This document shows positions 22,766 to 34,657 of a stretch of DNA of 64,000 nucleotides, in pieces. Each line of letters opens with the position of its first letter. Within the stretch, counting starts at the first letter, position 1. Under the pieces are notes generated by a model that was not told the DNA's origin, did no database searches, and worked only from the letters and a program-made list of their open reading frames with translations. This stretch comes from Azolla caroliniana. Taxonomy: Eukaryota; Plantae; Polypodiophyta. The position numbers and the translations under genes were made by a program. The stretch spans positions 9,114,001 to 9,178,000 of the forward strand of contig JBHGNT010000013.1 in assembly GCA_043228905.1 (NCBI GenBank), in the 5' to 3' direction.

Positions 22766-23662
22766 ACTTAGATGTTCCAGATGACTTTTAGAAAACTTGT
22801 GGAACTATAGATGAAGATGCAGGGCAACTTGTTGAATTAGAAGACGTTTCAGAGTCTGAACATACTAACAATTCAACTTAGCGTACTGACGAAGCCAATG
22901 AGGACAATCCTGATGAAAGAGCTAATCCTGAGTAGACGGCTTTACCAGACTTATTATTCGATTGAATGGTTATGGCTTATTGTAAATTTTGAACAATATG
23001 AATTGTTAAATTTTGACGTAATATATAAGTTGAGCTTACTTATAATTTTCGTGTAACAATCATTGAACTTAGAAATTAAGTATACTTGTATGTGTACATG
23101 TTATCTAAACTCTCCTTTATCATTTGGGGTATATCGGAGATAAGTTTATACTCTATCATTTACTCGTATGATTGGAATGTTATTGTAGACTAGTTTATTT
23201 ATACATTGACAATGTCATGTATCACGTGTCAATGGAAATTTTCTCTTGACATAGTAGTATCTCTTAATTGCAAGGTTCACAATTTGCTTTAAGATGTATT
23301 ATATTTAAATATACACACATAATTAGAAGAAGTCACTTATTCAATGGGGCATGCTTTTTAGAATATGAACAAGGACCCGTGTTACTATTATACTTGTGTT
23401 GACAAATACACCCCTGTCTAAGATTTGGACAAAAACATGGTTGATAGAATATACGTCGGATGATTTTGTTGACATGATATTAGTTAGTTCTTTTTTTCGC
23501 TATGTTTTCATAAACCACATACACATGCGTCGTGCCTTGTTGAAATTCTGCTTAAATAAGGCATTTTTTAACATCTCACTAAGATATGAAAAAGAGAATG
23601 CGACATATTACCTATTTCAAATGACCCGGTGTTTGAATGAGGATAACAAAAGATATATATTA

Positions 23663-23936
23663 TGTTAAGGGAATATACAATAGTAGCTCGGAGGCTTAAG
23701 ACTGACGTTGAACCGATTTGGTTCGAAATAAAGCCTTGTGCCTCCTTTCATAGTGCTCTCAAGAGTACTCCTGAAGTTTCTAGAATGTTCCAGAGAAATC
23801 TAGAATATACATCAAATTTCTATAGTAAAACCTAAATGAAAATAATATTTTTTGTATTACAACATATAGTATAATGGTCAAGAGCTCGGCCCATGTAACG
23901 TAAGGTCATGGGTTCGAGTCTTGCCCTATCATGACA
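23663..23936 (-). repeat. 3' LTR of the chromovirus (right boundary firm, left boundary tentative)
   Basis: Minus strand reads PPT AAAGAGAGGATAA then TGTCA at 23936. Candidate end ...CCCTTAACA at 23663. Confidence 0.65.
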
Positions 23937-24135
23937 TTATCCTCTCTTTAAAACGATGAGCGTCATGAGTCGTTTTGGATTGAGGACCCGATTTGTTTGG
24001 ATATTGATGATGGAAGTCTTCAAGAAGAGCACGAGCATTGGTCACATTCTCCATTGGTTCCCAAGTACGCTCGTTGGGACTATATCCTAGCCAATTGACT
24101 AAATAGTAGACCTTGTTGCGAACAATCTTGGAATT

Positions 24136-24862
24136 TGACAGGAACTAAATGCTTGTTATACGCAACGCTCGGCCACAACTGAGCTTAGAATCATGCACAG
24201 AAAACGGGAAATAAAGCACGACACGAAGAAGACAAGAGTACGCAGGATGTTTACGTGGAAAACCCAAACTAAGGGAAAAACCACGGCAGCCCACAGGCTG
24301 CAAACTATCACTATGTTAGAATGTACAACATTGAGTTCACGGAGGCAACGACCTCGTGCTCACGATCTTCGCCACAGGCGGCGGTTACAACAGAGGCAAC
24401 GACCTCTTTCTCTCTCTCTCTCTCTGTACACAGTTACGCGCTCTCTCTCTCCTTGCACCAACAAGAATGACAACAACAAGAAGACTAAAAGTTTGCCCTA
24501 AGTCATATTTATACTAATATGACTTTTCGGCTATTTACAAATATAGCCTCGATGGACTCTTAGAAACATATTTACGAATATGTCTCTTCATCCGGTGAGC
24601 ATTCCTCACCGGGTCTGCACCATCCGGCTCTCCGAAACCGGGTCCTCCTCATTCGGTTCTCACCGGGTCTGCACCATCTGGCTCTCCGTAGCCGGGTACT
24701 CCTCATCCGGTTCTCACCGGGTCTGCACCATCCGGCTCTCCGAAACCGGGTACTCCTCATCCGGTTCTCACCGAGTCTGCACCATCCGGCTCTCCGTAGC
24801 CGGGTACTCCTCATCCGGTTCTCACCGGGTCTGCACCATCCGGAGGGACCTGTCTCCCAACA
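24136..24862 (-). mobile_element. Copia solo LTR (727 bp), TSD GAATT, inserted in the chromodomain
   Basis: TGACAGGAACTA...CCCAACA, GAATT at 24131-24135 and 24863-24867. Related to the LTRs at 13164 and 18309. Confidence 0.92.
24588..24843. repeat. 54-bp minisatellite (~4.7 copies) in U3 of the solo LTR
   Basis: Unit CATCCGGTTCTCACCGGGTCTGCACCATCCGGCTCTCCG(AAA/TAG)CCGGGTACTCCT. Confidence 0.92.
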
Positions 24863-25161
24863 GAATTGAGGATATCGACAACCTCGTACTCAGGTCCATC
24901 TTCAAGCTCGATCGGGGGTGGAGGTTGCTTAATACGACCTGGGATGGTGCTGTCTTGATAGGGTTGGAGGAGAGAACTATGAAACACTGGATGTATCCGA
25001 AGTGGTGGAGGTAGATCGAGACGAAAAGCGACATCATTACTTTTTCCGATAATACGAAAAGGACCTAATCGTCGGTAATCCAACTTCTCGCATGGGCGAG
25101 TAGTCTTGATGTGTCATTGTAGTAGCCACACCCGATCTCCAATGTCAAAACTGGATGGAAG

Positions 25162-27448
25162 TGTTGTTGGGGTGGGGGGTGAAACCTAGAATGGCTTCAC
25201 CCCCCTCCCAAGGGGGTTACGATAGTGAGAGAGCTAGAGAGAAAGACAAATACAAAATGACACAAAATGAGGGGAAAAATGTCTATCCCATTATGCCCCA
25301 TGGGTGGGGTTTATATAGTACAAGAGGTAATCGTTACAAATAAAGAATGAGACAAGTAGGGAGTTACATTACTTACCCACTTTCTCACCTTTGTACACAT
25401 GCACACAAATATGCATGTGTTCATACACATACTCATCCTCATACATTCATTTATAATACACATACACATCAACCACATCATTACACAAACCCTTATGCCT
25501 GCCCGTATATTCTTACGGGTAACACATGGCACGCCTGTGGGACAATGCATTGCACGGTGAACCCACTCGCCATGGCAATTCTTCTTGACCGGAACTCCAT
25601 CGGTCGTCTCAACGGTCAGAAATCCCTCGACCGGATCACTACTCTATGATCGATAACTTCGATCGGAGCTTTGCTTGACTCGAACCTTCTAGTTCGGTCA
25701 GCACAAGTCGCGATTGGATCATACACCAATCGGCTAATGCAATGTGGCATGGGTCGTTAAATCATGTTGTGCATTTGTGTATTCTTTCTTTCATCATGTG
25801 AAGTGAGTTTTATATTTTTTGCTCTTTGGTCTTTAAAACTTTTTACCCTCAAATTTTTTGAAATTTTATTTTTAGCCCTTGTGTTTTCAAAATTCTGCAT
25901 TCTGCCCTCCACTTTTTGAAATCTCAAGTCATGCCCTTGAGCTTTTGAAATTTCATCTTCTCTGCCCTTATGTTTTTGAAATTTTCTCTTCATACCCCCT
26001 CTTCTCTTTCTTCGCTTCCTTCTCTCTCCTCATTTTCTTCTTTCTTTTCTTCTTTTGCTTTCTATTTTCATCTCTGTCTGTGTCTTCGTGGCCGTCATTC
26101 AGCCCTACTCTCGGTCACGCATCTCGGCCGTACTCTCGAGCGCGCGTCTCGGCCGTGCATCTCGGCCGTATTTTCGACCGCTCTCGGTCATGCGTCTCAT
26201 CTTGGCCATACTGTTGGCCGCGGGTCCCAGCCATACTCTCAACTGCGCGTCTCGGCCGTTTTCCCAGCCACGCGTCTCGACCGTACGTCTCTTGGCTGTA
26301 CTCTCGGCCAGGCATATCGGTCGTCTTCCGCGTCTCGGCTGTACTCTGGACCACGCGTCTCGACCGTAGTCTTGGCCACACTTCTCGGCCGTGCTCTCAG
26401 CCATGCTCTCGGCCATTCATCGCCACCACTCACCCGTTGTTCGGGCAATTGCAATTGTTCGACCAACACTTAGCTACTATCGGCCACTTTCTGGCAAATC
26501 ACCGCCGCCATTCGGCCGCTGTTTTGCAATCACTGTTGTTCGATTGCCGCCACTACGGCCGCTATCCGGGCAATTGCCATTGTTGAACCACTACTCGGCC
26601 GCTGTCGGCCACTGTCCGACAAATCCCCACCGCCATTCGGCCGCTGTTCTACAATCGCCTTTGTTCGATTGCCGCCACTCTAGCCGCTGTTCAGCCATTC
26701 CGGCCAGTCTGACCGCTGCAGCTGTGGCCACTGTCCGACCATCGGTTGGTTGGCCATTCTGGCCATCTCCGCCATTGTCTCTGTCGGCATTGTCTACAAT
26801 ATTCCTCTTCTTCTGGTCCTCTTCGTCTTCTCGCTCTCGTCGTTTGTCGTCGCTTGGTGGGCTTCTTGTTGTTAAATCTTTGAGCGGTCAGATGGCTGGA
26901 GAGGGAGAGCTTCCTAGTCGACGCCATGGCACCGCCCTGGTGCATGGTGGAGCCGCTAGTAGAGAAGCTATGCTGGAGGATGAGGTGGTTCCTAACCCCG
27001 GTGTCGCTGTAGATTGCGGTGCACTTCCGACTCATTCATGCATTTTGCCATCAATCCCTTGCCTTTGACACGAAATTGTCTGAAATATTCAACAATTTTC
27101 AATTTCTTCTTCTTCACGATATGCAAGAATCCCGTCTGAGAAGCTAGAGATGGCAAGAATTCTTAGAAGAATCTGTGATTCGATGATAGCTATAGTTTGT
27201 TGGTTGAGTAGGAAGAGCGAATCTTTTTCTGCATTGTTCATTGTGTCCACAAAGAAACTGTGAAGAAGAAGAGGATGAATGGAGATTATTTCTGCATCAA
27301 TGTAACATACGGCCATTGTCTTCTTCTCTCTTTGATGCTTCTTCTTTAATCTGTGTACTTTGTTCTTCTTCTTCTGTCTTCTTCGTCATCGTTTCTCATG
27401 GATGGATGCCTCTCATGGATGGATGTGTGGGGTGCGTGTGAGCCTCTT

Positions 27449-27492
<44 letters not shown>

Positions 27493-28050
27493 CTCAAGGG
27501 GATAGTGTGGAAATCATGTGGAAATCTCCATCACAGGCTGGCTCTCACACTCAAAATTGATGTACAAAGCACACTCCCTAACACAAAAACAGGCAGACGG
27601 AGAGAGGGATAGAGACAGATTAGTGATGGAGGAGAGTGAGGCATAAACTTCCTCTCAAGGGGGTCGGCCATTCAGGCGTGCCAAAAGTGTTGTTGGGGTG
27701 GGGGGTGAAACCTAGAATGGCTTCACCCCCCTCCCAAGGGGGTTACGATAGTGAGAGAGCTAAAGAGAAAGACAAATACAAAATGACACAAAATGAGGGG
27801 AAAATGTCTATCCCATTATGCCCCATGGGTGGGGTTTATATAGTACAAGAGGTACCCCGTTACAAATAAAGAATGAGACAAGTAGGGAGTTACATTACTT
27901 ACCCACTTTCTCACCTTTGTACACATGCACACAAATATGCATGCGTTCATACACATACTCATCCTCATACATTCATTTATAATACACATACACATCAACC
28001 ACATCATTACACATACCCTTATGCCTCCCCGTATATTCTTATGGGTAACA
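25162..28050 (-). mobile_element. Complete non-autonomous LTR element (family A, LARD/TRIM-like, 2889 bp)
   Basis: Two 363-bp LTRs (25162-25524, 27688-28050) with few differences, TSD GGAAG on both sides, PBS TGGCACGCCTG at 27673-27683 (minus), non-coding interior. Confidence 0.93.
25527..25566 (-). other. tRNA-Arg 3'-half-like structured motif at the PPT position (copy 3)
   Basis: Minus strand: GTGGG-TTCACC-GTGC AAT GCAT-TGT-CCCAC-AGGCGTGCCA, then TG, then the LTR start TGTTACCCG. Confidence 0.75.
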
Positions 28051-29009
28051 GGAAGCCCATGAAGATCCGCATAAACCTTGTGTGTTTGTTGAGCTTGTTG
28101 TAGATGAGTACATAAATCCGTTTGTATCTTACGTTGTCGTAGTGTAGGTTGCACACTATGTGGAAATTATATTTTTGTCCCTCCGGATAGAGAATGGAGT
28201 GCTCGGTGAGAACCGGAAGAAAACGGCATACCGGCAAGGAGGAAAAACGGCATACCGGCAAGGAGGAAAACGGCATACCGGCAAGGAAGAAAACGGCATA
28301 CCGGCAAGGAAGAGCCGGATAAAGAGACATAAATGTAAAAAGAAAGGAAATAATCACTACTGCGCAGGGCGTGATTCGAACTCTGCACCTCCACGTTGAC
28401 AAACCCCAACCTTACCATTACATTAAATTATCTTAAGTGTTTTAAATATAGATTTAATATGTATAAGACCTTTATTTATGCATACCTTTATTAAAAGGTA
28501 AATCGTGTATTTCTTTAATATATGAAAAAGAAAAAAACACGAGACACTAAAAATAACTCATGCACATCTAGCGTGCATGAGCCCTATACTTAGGAAATAA
28601 AAAAGCATCACATGCACATTTAGTGGACATGAACACTTTTTGTAAAAAAAAAAAAAAAGCATGAAGCCATGCTTAGCTCTTCCTCCCTTATATAAGGAGG
28701 AGAGAAATATGTAAAGGGTTGTTGATTATTTGGATTAAGAATTAATCAATACAAAAATTATTCATGGGATTCACGATTTATACATCTACTTCTCTCTTAA
28801 CACCCTAAGTACCAATTAATATAGTATACTCGTGTGATTCACGAGTTTCTTATCTTTCTCTTTGCTATTTACTCATAATTAATCTCTATCTCACGAACTT
28901 CTTTCTCCTAGTCCAAGACCTCTGTGGTTCCCACCCGACTCACGCAACGATCCGGAGCCGAAAGGCACGACACAGTTGGTGAACCCGACGTGAAGACGGG
29001 TGGCAAGGA

Positions 29010-31050
29010 GATGGAGGCTCAACAAGCTAACAATATGATGGCGATGTTCGAACGGATGCTTCAAGAACAACGCACGATGTCGGAGATTTCGGCATCAGTA
29101 GAGCGGCTCGTGCAACGCAACGGGCAATTTAATGGTAAGGATGTGTCGCGATATTTGCAGGACTACAAGGCGGAGATGCTCCGGTGCCGGGCTTCGGAAG
29201 GACTGCAAGTGACATCCTTTAACCGGGTGGCGACCGACGGGCTTCAAGGGAGTATCCACGGGTTGCAACAACAAAATCCGACGTGGGAAGCATTCGAAGA
29301 GGCGTTAAAGACCACGTTTGCCATCGAGGACTCCTCCAAGGCAACGCGGAGGGGATTCGAGGATTGGGTGGAAACGTCAGGTAAGGGGTTGAAGGTCCTC
29401 GAAGTGTTTTCGACATTCGAAAGTCGGTTCGGGAGGTTGTCCGCGAGAGATCAAACTATTCTTGCGCCGGACAAAGTCATCATGTTTTTGCGAGCTGTGG
29501 ACGTCCGGGACCGGAAAGATCTCGGAGTGCTTCTTGAGGACGCGACCACCGAAAGCGGCCTCACCGAAACATGGGAAAGCGTGCGGGATATCGTCGCGCG
29601 GTACACGAAGAGGGGGCAATGGCTTGCCAACGAAGAAAAGAGGGTTTCGGAACCGATTCCGAAACCGAGAACGGGACTGGAAGACCATCAACCGAGGGCT
29701 CGGGAGATTACGGCCGAGAAGGGAGTCGACGCGTCTACGGTGGAGCAGCTGCTGAAGGAGATGGAGAATCTAAAGATCGCGATGGTGAAGAAGTCGGACG
29801 ACCGCCCCACAAGCTCCAAATATACGGATCGACGGTGCATATGGTGCGATAGCGCCGAACACGATCGGAAGGATTGCGACGACCATAAGGAGGCGCTACG
29901 ACGGGATCTCATCTACTACGAGGGAAACCGGATTCATTCGATGGACTCTCGGAAGCCACTCCGACCGAACTTCCGGAAAGGCGGCATGAAGAAGGTGCTC
30001 GAGGAGGAGTTAGCGGCAAGAAGCAACTATGCGACAACCGCGGGAATATGTGTCGGGGAGTCAACGGGAGCGAAGGCGTCTTTCTGGCCGGAGGTGCTAG
30101 GAAACACCGAGAAAACCGACTCCAACGATATCCGAAACACCGCGGAAGGCGTCCGGGAAGCTACGGGATGGGAGTGCCCTGTCGACAAGAATAGCATATA
30201 CGCCCTGTGTCAATTACATGAGGTGTATGTGGACGAGAAACGACGGCGCACGGAGGATGCGGCCGGACCATCGAAGATACCGGAAAGCTGGAACTCCGGA
30301 GGTAAGGGAAAAGAAAAGGCGACTCCGGCATTCAAGCTCGCCTCGGACATAGAACAACAAACCGACTTGAAAAGAGTGTTCGAGGAAAGAATCTTGGATA
30401 GCCGGGTAGATTTTTCGCTGCGGGAACTACTCGGAATAGCGAAGAAGGAGTTTCATGATCTTCTCGTGGATCTCGTGAAAAGGAAGAGACAAAGTACGGA
30501 GGAAAATGCTCCAAGGGTGAATGCAAATACCGTTTCAATGAACGACACCGAAGTGGAAGGCGAAATTCCGAACTCCCACTATACAAGGCCACACTGGGCA
30601 CGTGCGACTACGGAGACTCCGGTCCGAATCGGCAACATCAAAGAACCCGTGCTAGCATTGATTGATCACGGATCGGAGATCAACTTGATGTCCAAGGAGT
30701 TCTACCGAAAGGGGAAGTGGCCTATAAACACCAACCATGGATGGAAGATTCGGGCAGCCACGAAAACGACAGAAGACCTATTTGCGGCTTGTCCGGATGT
30801 GACGGTAAAGATCGGGGATGTCGAAATTGACCAAAATTTCTTTGTGCAGGATGAGGTTTCACATTCTGTCATCCTCGGCCAACCCTTTATCACGGCTTCA
30901 CGGATGGAGACGAAGGTGCTCGATAGTGGTGCGGCTTTTGCGCGAATTCGGAGCCAAAACGGAGGGAAATCCGTCCAATTCCTAACGGTGCCGGCAAATC
31001 ACGAAAGGAACAAGAGGGAACTCTTGTCCCAAGTGAGAATGGATTTTTAA
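29010..31050 (+). CDS. Gag-protease ORF
   Basis: Uninterrupted ORF from MEAQQ: FNGKDVSRYL gag start, CIWCDSAEHDRKDC Zn knuckle, protease ALIDHGSEINLM...VILGQPF; ends MDF*. Confidence 0.9.
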
Positions 31051-31104
31051 AGCGGACTGTTGCGGAGTGGGGAAGTGATAGTCCGAGAAGCCCTGATACC
31101 CCAC
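31041..31104 (+). promoter_or_regulatory. Predicted -1 ribosomal frameshift signal: slippery GGATTTT plus H-type pseudoknot
   Basis: Stem 1 CGGACTGTTGC (31053-31063)/GTGATAGTCCG (31075-31085); loop GTGGGG pairs with CCCCAC (31099-31104). The -1 frame is open into the RT ORF. Conserved at 46183-46246. Confidence 0.8.
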
Positions 31105-34100
31105 ACAGGAAGAAACCTCTCGGAGCAAAACAAGTACGAATCGGCCCGGATGGGGCATCTACGTACACGGCCGTAACCGGAGGAATGAAGAAACAATACC
31201 GACAAGTGGAGGATAAGTTACGGTCGGCATCAATAATAAAAGAAGACGAAGAAATCGTGGGAGTGATCGAGGAAGTGTTCTATGGGAATACACTACAACG
31301 GCTTGAAGAGCTTGCGGAAGATAAAAGCCAAGGGAACCGGGTAGTCCCGGTGGAATCGGTCGAGATGTACGAGATCGTTGCGAAAATGGGGCCGGATGCG
31401 CTCCGCAAAGAAGAAGCAATGGTAAGTACGAAATACAAGACCGTGGAGAAGAAGGTGAAACCGGCCGCGGGACCACTACCCGCCGATAGCGAACAAAAGA
31501 AGAAAGAAGTCTCGGGAGATCCGACACTTCGGAAGTCCGTGGATATCGGACATGCCTTCACAGATGAGACCCGGAAGAAACTTCGGATCGGTGGAGGTGG
31601 GTTCCTCTTACAAGAAGAAGAAAAACGGTTTCGAGAGATGTTGGAGCAACACGACAAAGCATTCGCGTTCACATCGAGGGAGATCGGATGCATTGATCCA
31701 AAGATAGTGGAGCCGATGGTGATTTTCACGATTGATCATGTACCGTGGAACCTGAAGCCGATTCCGGTGCCACGGGCGCATATTCCGAAAGTCATCGACT
31801 TGCTCAAGGAGAAGGTGGCGATGGGGATTCTAGAGCCATCAAGTGCTCCGTACTCAAATCGATGGTTTACGGTTCCGAAGAAGAATGGGTCACTCCGATT
31901 CATCCAAGACTTGCAACCGGTGAACAAGGTCACGATCCGGAACTCGGGAGTCGGTCCGATAGTGGACGAATTCGCGGAAGCTTTTGCCGGACGTGCGATA
32001 TACTCCATCGGGGACCTATACTCGGGTCGGGGTATGACCAATTCCAACTAGCCGTGGAGAGCCGAGACATCACTACCATGCGGACACCGATAGGACTAGT
32101 TCGAATGTGCACACTACCACAAGGAGCGACAAACTCGGTTGCACATATGATGAACGCGATGAACAAGGTGCTTCGAGATTGCATCCCGGAGATAACGATG
32201 CCGTTTCTAGATGACATTCCGATGAAAGGATGCGCGGTGGAAGAAAAAGATGAGACTATGGATGATCGGGGATGCCGAAAGTTCGTGGTCGACCATATTC
32301 ATGATTGCGAGAAAGTGTTGCGAAAGCTAGAAGATGTGCACCTAACACTTTCCGGGGAGAAATCGGCATTCGGGCAAGAAGAAATATTGGTGGTCGGACA
32401 TCTATGTGGACCCTACGGCCGAAGACCGTCACCAACAAAGATCGATGCGATTCAAGCTATGAAGGAAGTATGTGAGTCAACATCAGAAGTTCGAAGGTTT
32501 CTGGGTGCGTGTGCATTCTATCACATATGGATTCCGCACTATGCACATATAGCGGACCCGCTCTATCACTTGTTGCGGAAAGGTAAGAAATTCGAGTGGA
32601 AACCGGAACACACTAAAGCCATGAGGAAGCTCAAGAAGACACTATGGAGGGCGGAATCACTTAAGAAGCCAAGCTACGAGCGGCCAATCATAGTAACGGT
32701 TGATACAAGTCCAACCGGTATCGGGTGGGTCATCAATCAAGCCGACTCGGATGGTTCGCGGTATCCGATTCGATTTGGAGCAAAGGTCCTCAACGAAAGG
32801 CAACGCGGATATGCACAAATCAAAAGAGAATTGTGGGGAGTCGTGTCGGCGATAAAATCGGATCGGGATTATTTGATCGGAGCTGAAGTGGTGATCGAGA
32901 CGGATTGTCTTCCGATACTCGGGATGATGCGGTGTTGTACGATACCGGATGTGGCTATGCTAAGGTGGATTGCATATGTCAAGTCACTTAATCCGGAGGT
33001 TCGACACATCTCGGGGAAGGACAACGCGGTAGCGGACATGTTATCGAGGGCGCGGTTTGAAGACGACATAACCGAATCAGATAATGAAGAAGTTTCCGAT
33101 GACTACTTCACGTCAGAACACATATGCCGAGTGAACGTGATCCGAGAATTCCGGGAAGAAGAATACGAGGGGGAAACCTTGATGATCGGGAAGATGCTAC
33201 AAGAGGTCGAGGATTCAACCAATGATAAAGAAAGGAGAGCCGAGATCCGAAGGAAGAAGAGGCAAGTCCAAAAGTTCTTCTTGGAAAACGGTTTAATATG
33301 GAGGACGCCGAAAAGACCGGATGGGATACCACTTCGAGTAGTCGGGACGAAAGAGCAACGAAACCGGATAATGTCCGAGTTCCACGAATCCGATTGGGCT
33401 GGACATCGAGGAACATGGGCAACTTTTGTGAAAATCAAGCAAAGATATTGGTGGAAGAACATGTATAAAGATGTCGCGGAGTTCACAGAAAGCTGCGAGA
33501 AATGTCAAGTCTACTCCGGGGTCCGACACCGAGATGAGCTGCATCCGACATTCTCACCGACAATCAACTTCAAGTGGATGGTCGACATTGTAGCTATGCC
33601 GACCGGGATTGGACAAAAGAAATACTTGGTGTTAGCTCGAGAAGATCTCACAAACCAAGTTGAAGGTCGAGCGCTTCGGAGGAAAACGTGTGCCGCGGTG
33701 TGCCAATTTCTTTTGGAAGAAGTGTTTTGTAGGTACGGCTGCGTAGGACAAGTGATTGCGGACCGGGGAGAACTCGACTCGGACAAAGCTAGGGGATTCT
33801 TCGCCAAACATGGAGTTCGGTTAACGTTGACAACGGCCTACAATCCGGAGGCCAACGGGAAGATCGAACGAGGACATAGTCCGATCGTGAAAGCACTTGC
33901 GAAGGCATGCGACGGAAGGGTGAAGGATTGGCCACAAATGCTTCCGTATGCACTATGGGCGGATCGGACGACGCATAGCTCCGTGACCGGTTACATGCCG
34001 GCAGAACTCATGACCGGACAAGCACCGGTAATGCCAACGGAAACCGCAATCGCGACATGGACAATACTACCGTGGAAGGAAGAGATGAGCCGGGAAGATC

Positions 34101-34657
34101 TACTAGCGGTCCGGATACGACAACTGGAGGGAAGACCGAAAGATGTAGCGGAAGCGTCACGCCGACAACAAGAAGCACGATTCCGGAACAAAAGCCGGTT
34201 CGACACAAAGCACCGACTACGATCGAGGAGGATTGAAGAAGGAGATTGGGTGATCGTATATGATAGTAGCTTGGACCATCAACATACAACGATGCGGAAA
34301 TTCGCGAAAAGGTGGTTCGGGCCGTACGAGGTTCGGAAGGTCTTCGACAACGGGACGTACCGACTGTCCGAGTTGGATGGAACAATACTACGAGTGCCTA
34401 TAGCCGGGAAGCGGGTGAAGATTTTTAAGAAGCGGACCGACGACAAACCTTATGTGATCCAAGTCGAGGCCGACAACGAGGAGCAATCGGACGAAGACCA
34501 CAATGATGCGGGAAGCGAAGAAAGTGGATTACAACTCATAGTCGACATAAGGGGAGAATCGGAGGAAGCTTCGGATGAAGACGGATACGAAGAATCAAGA
34601 ACTTCGGCACATACCGGAGGATGTGCGGGTTTGGAGGGGGCGAGTGTCGTAGTGTAG
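31041..34657 (+). CDS. RT-RNase H-integrase in the -1 frame, broken only by a 5-bp duplication near 32022
   Basis: PKKNGSLRFIQDL, LPQGATNSVAH, PFLDDIP, IVTVDTS, IETDCLP, AGHRG...CEKCQ, WMVDIV, ADRGE, YNPEANG, WFGPY. Confidence 0.9.

Noticed and set aside
22780-23240. Possible hAT transposase C-terminal remnant (acidic tail ending LPDLLFD*)
   Set aside because: Too short and decayed, and no TIR or TSD could be confirmed, so it is left unannotated.
23867-23930. tRNA gene
   Set aside because: A and B boxes only. The acceptor and anticodon stems do not close, and it lies inside an LTR. Same for 28361-28426.
24588-24843. CRISPR-like array
   Set aside because: Units are contiguous with no unique spacers and no cas genes, in a eukaryotic LTR. 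Same for 28218-28310 and 44057-44368.
25716-25742. Faint similarity to the 5S rRNA 5' end (Cassandra-like TRIM)
   Set aside because: Short gapped match only, no 5S internal promoter boxes, and it is not in the LTR.
31745-32030. N-terminal 95 aa of the 970-aa ORF as a novel domain
   Set aside because: It is an out-of-frame reading of RT caused by the 5-bp duplication. The real sequence is in the 31185 frame.
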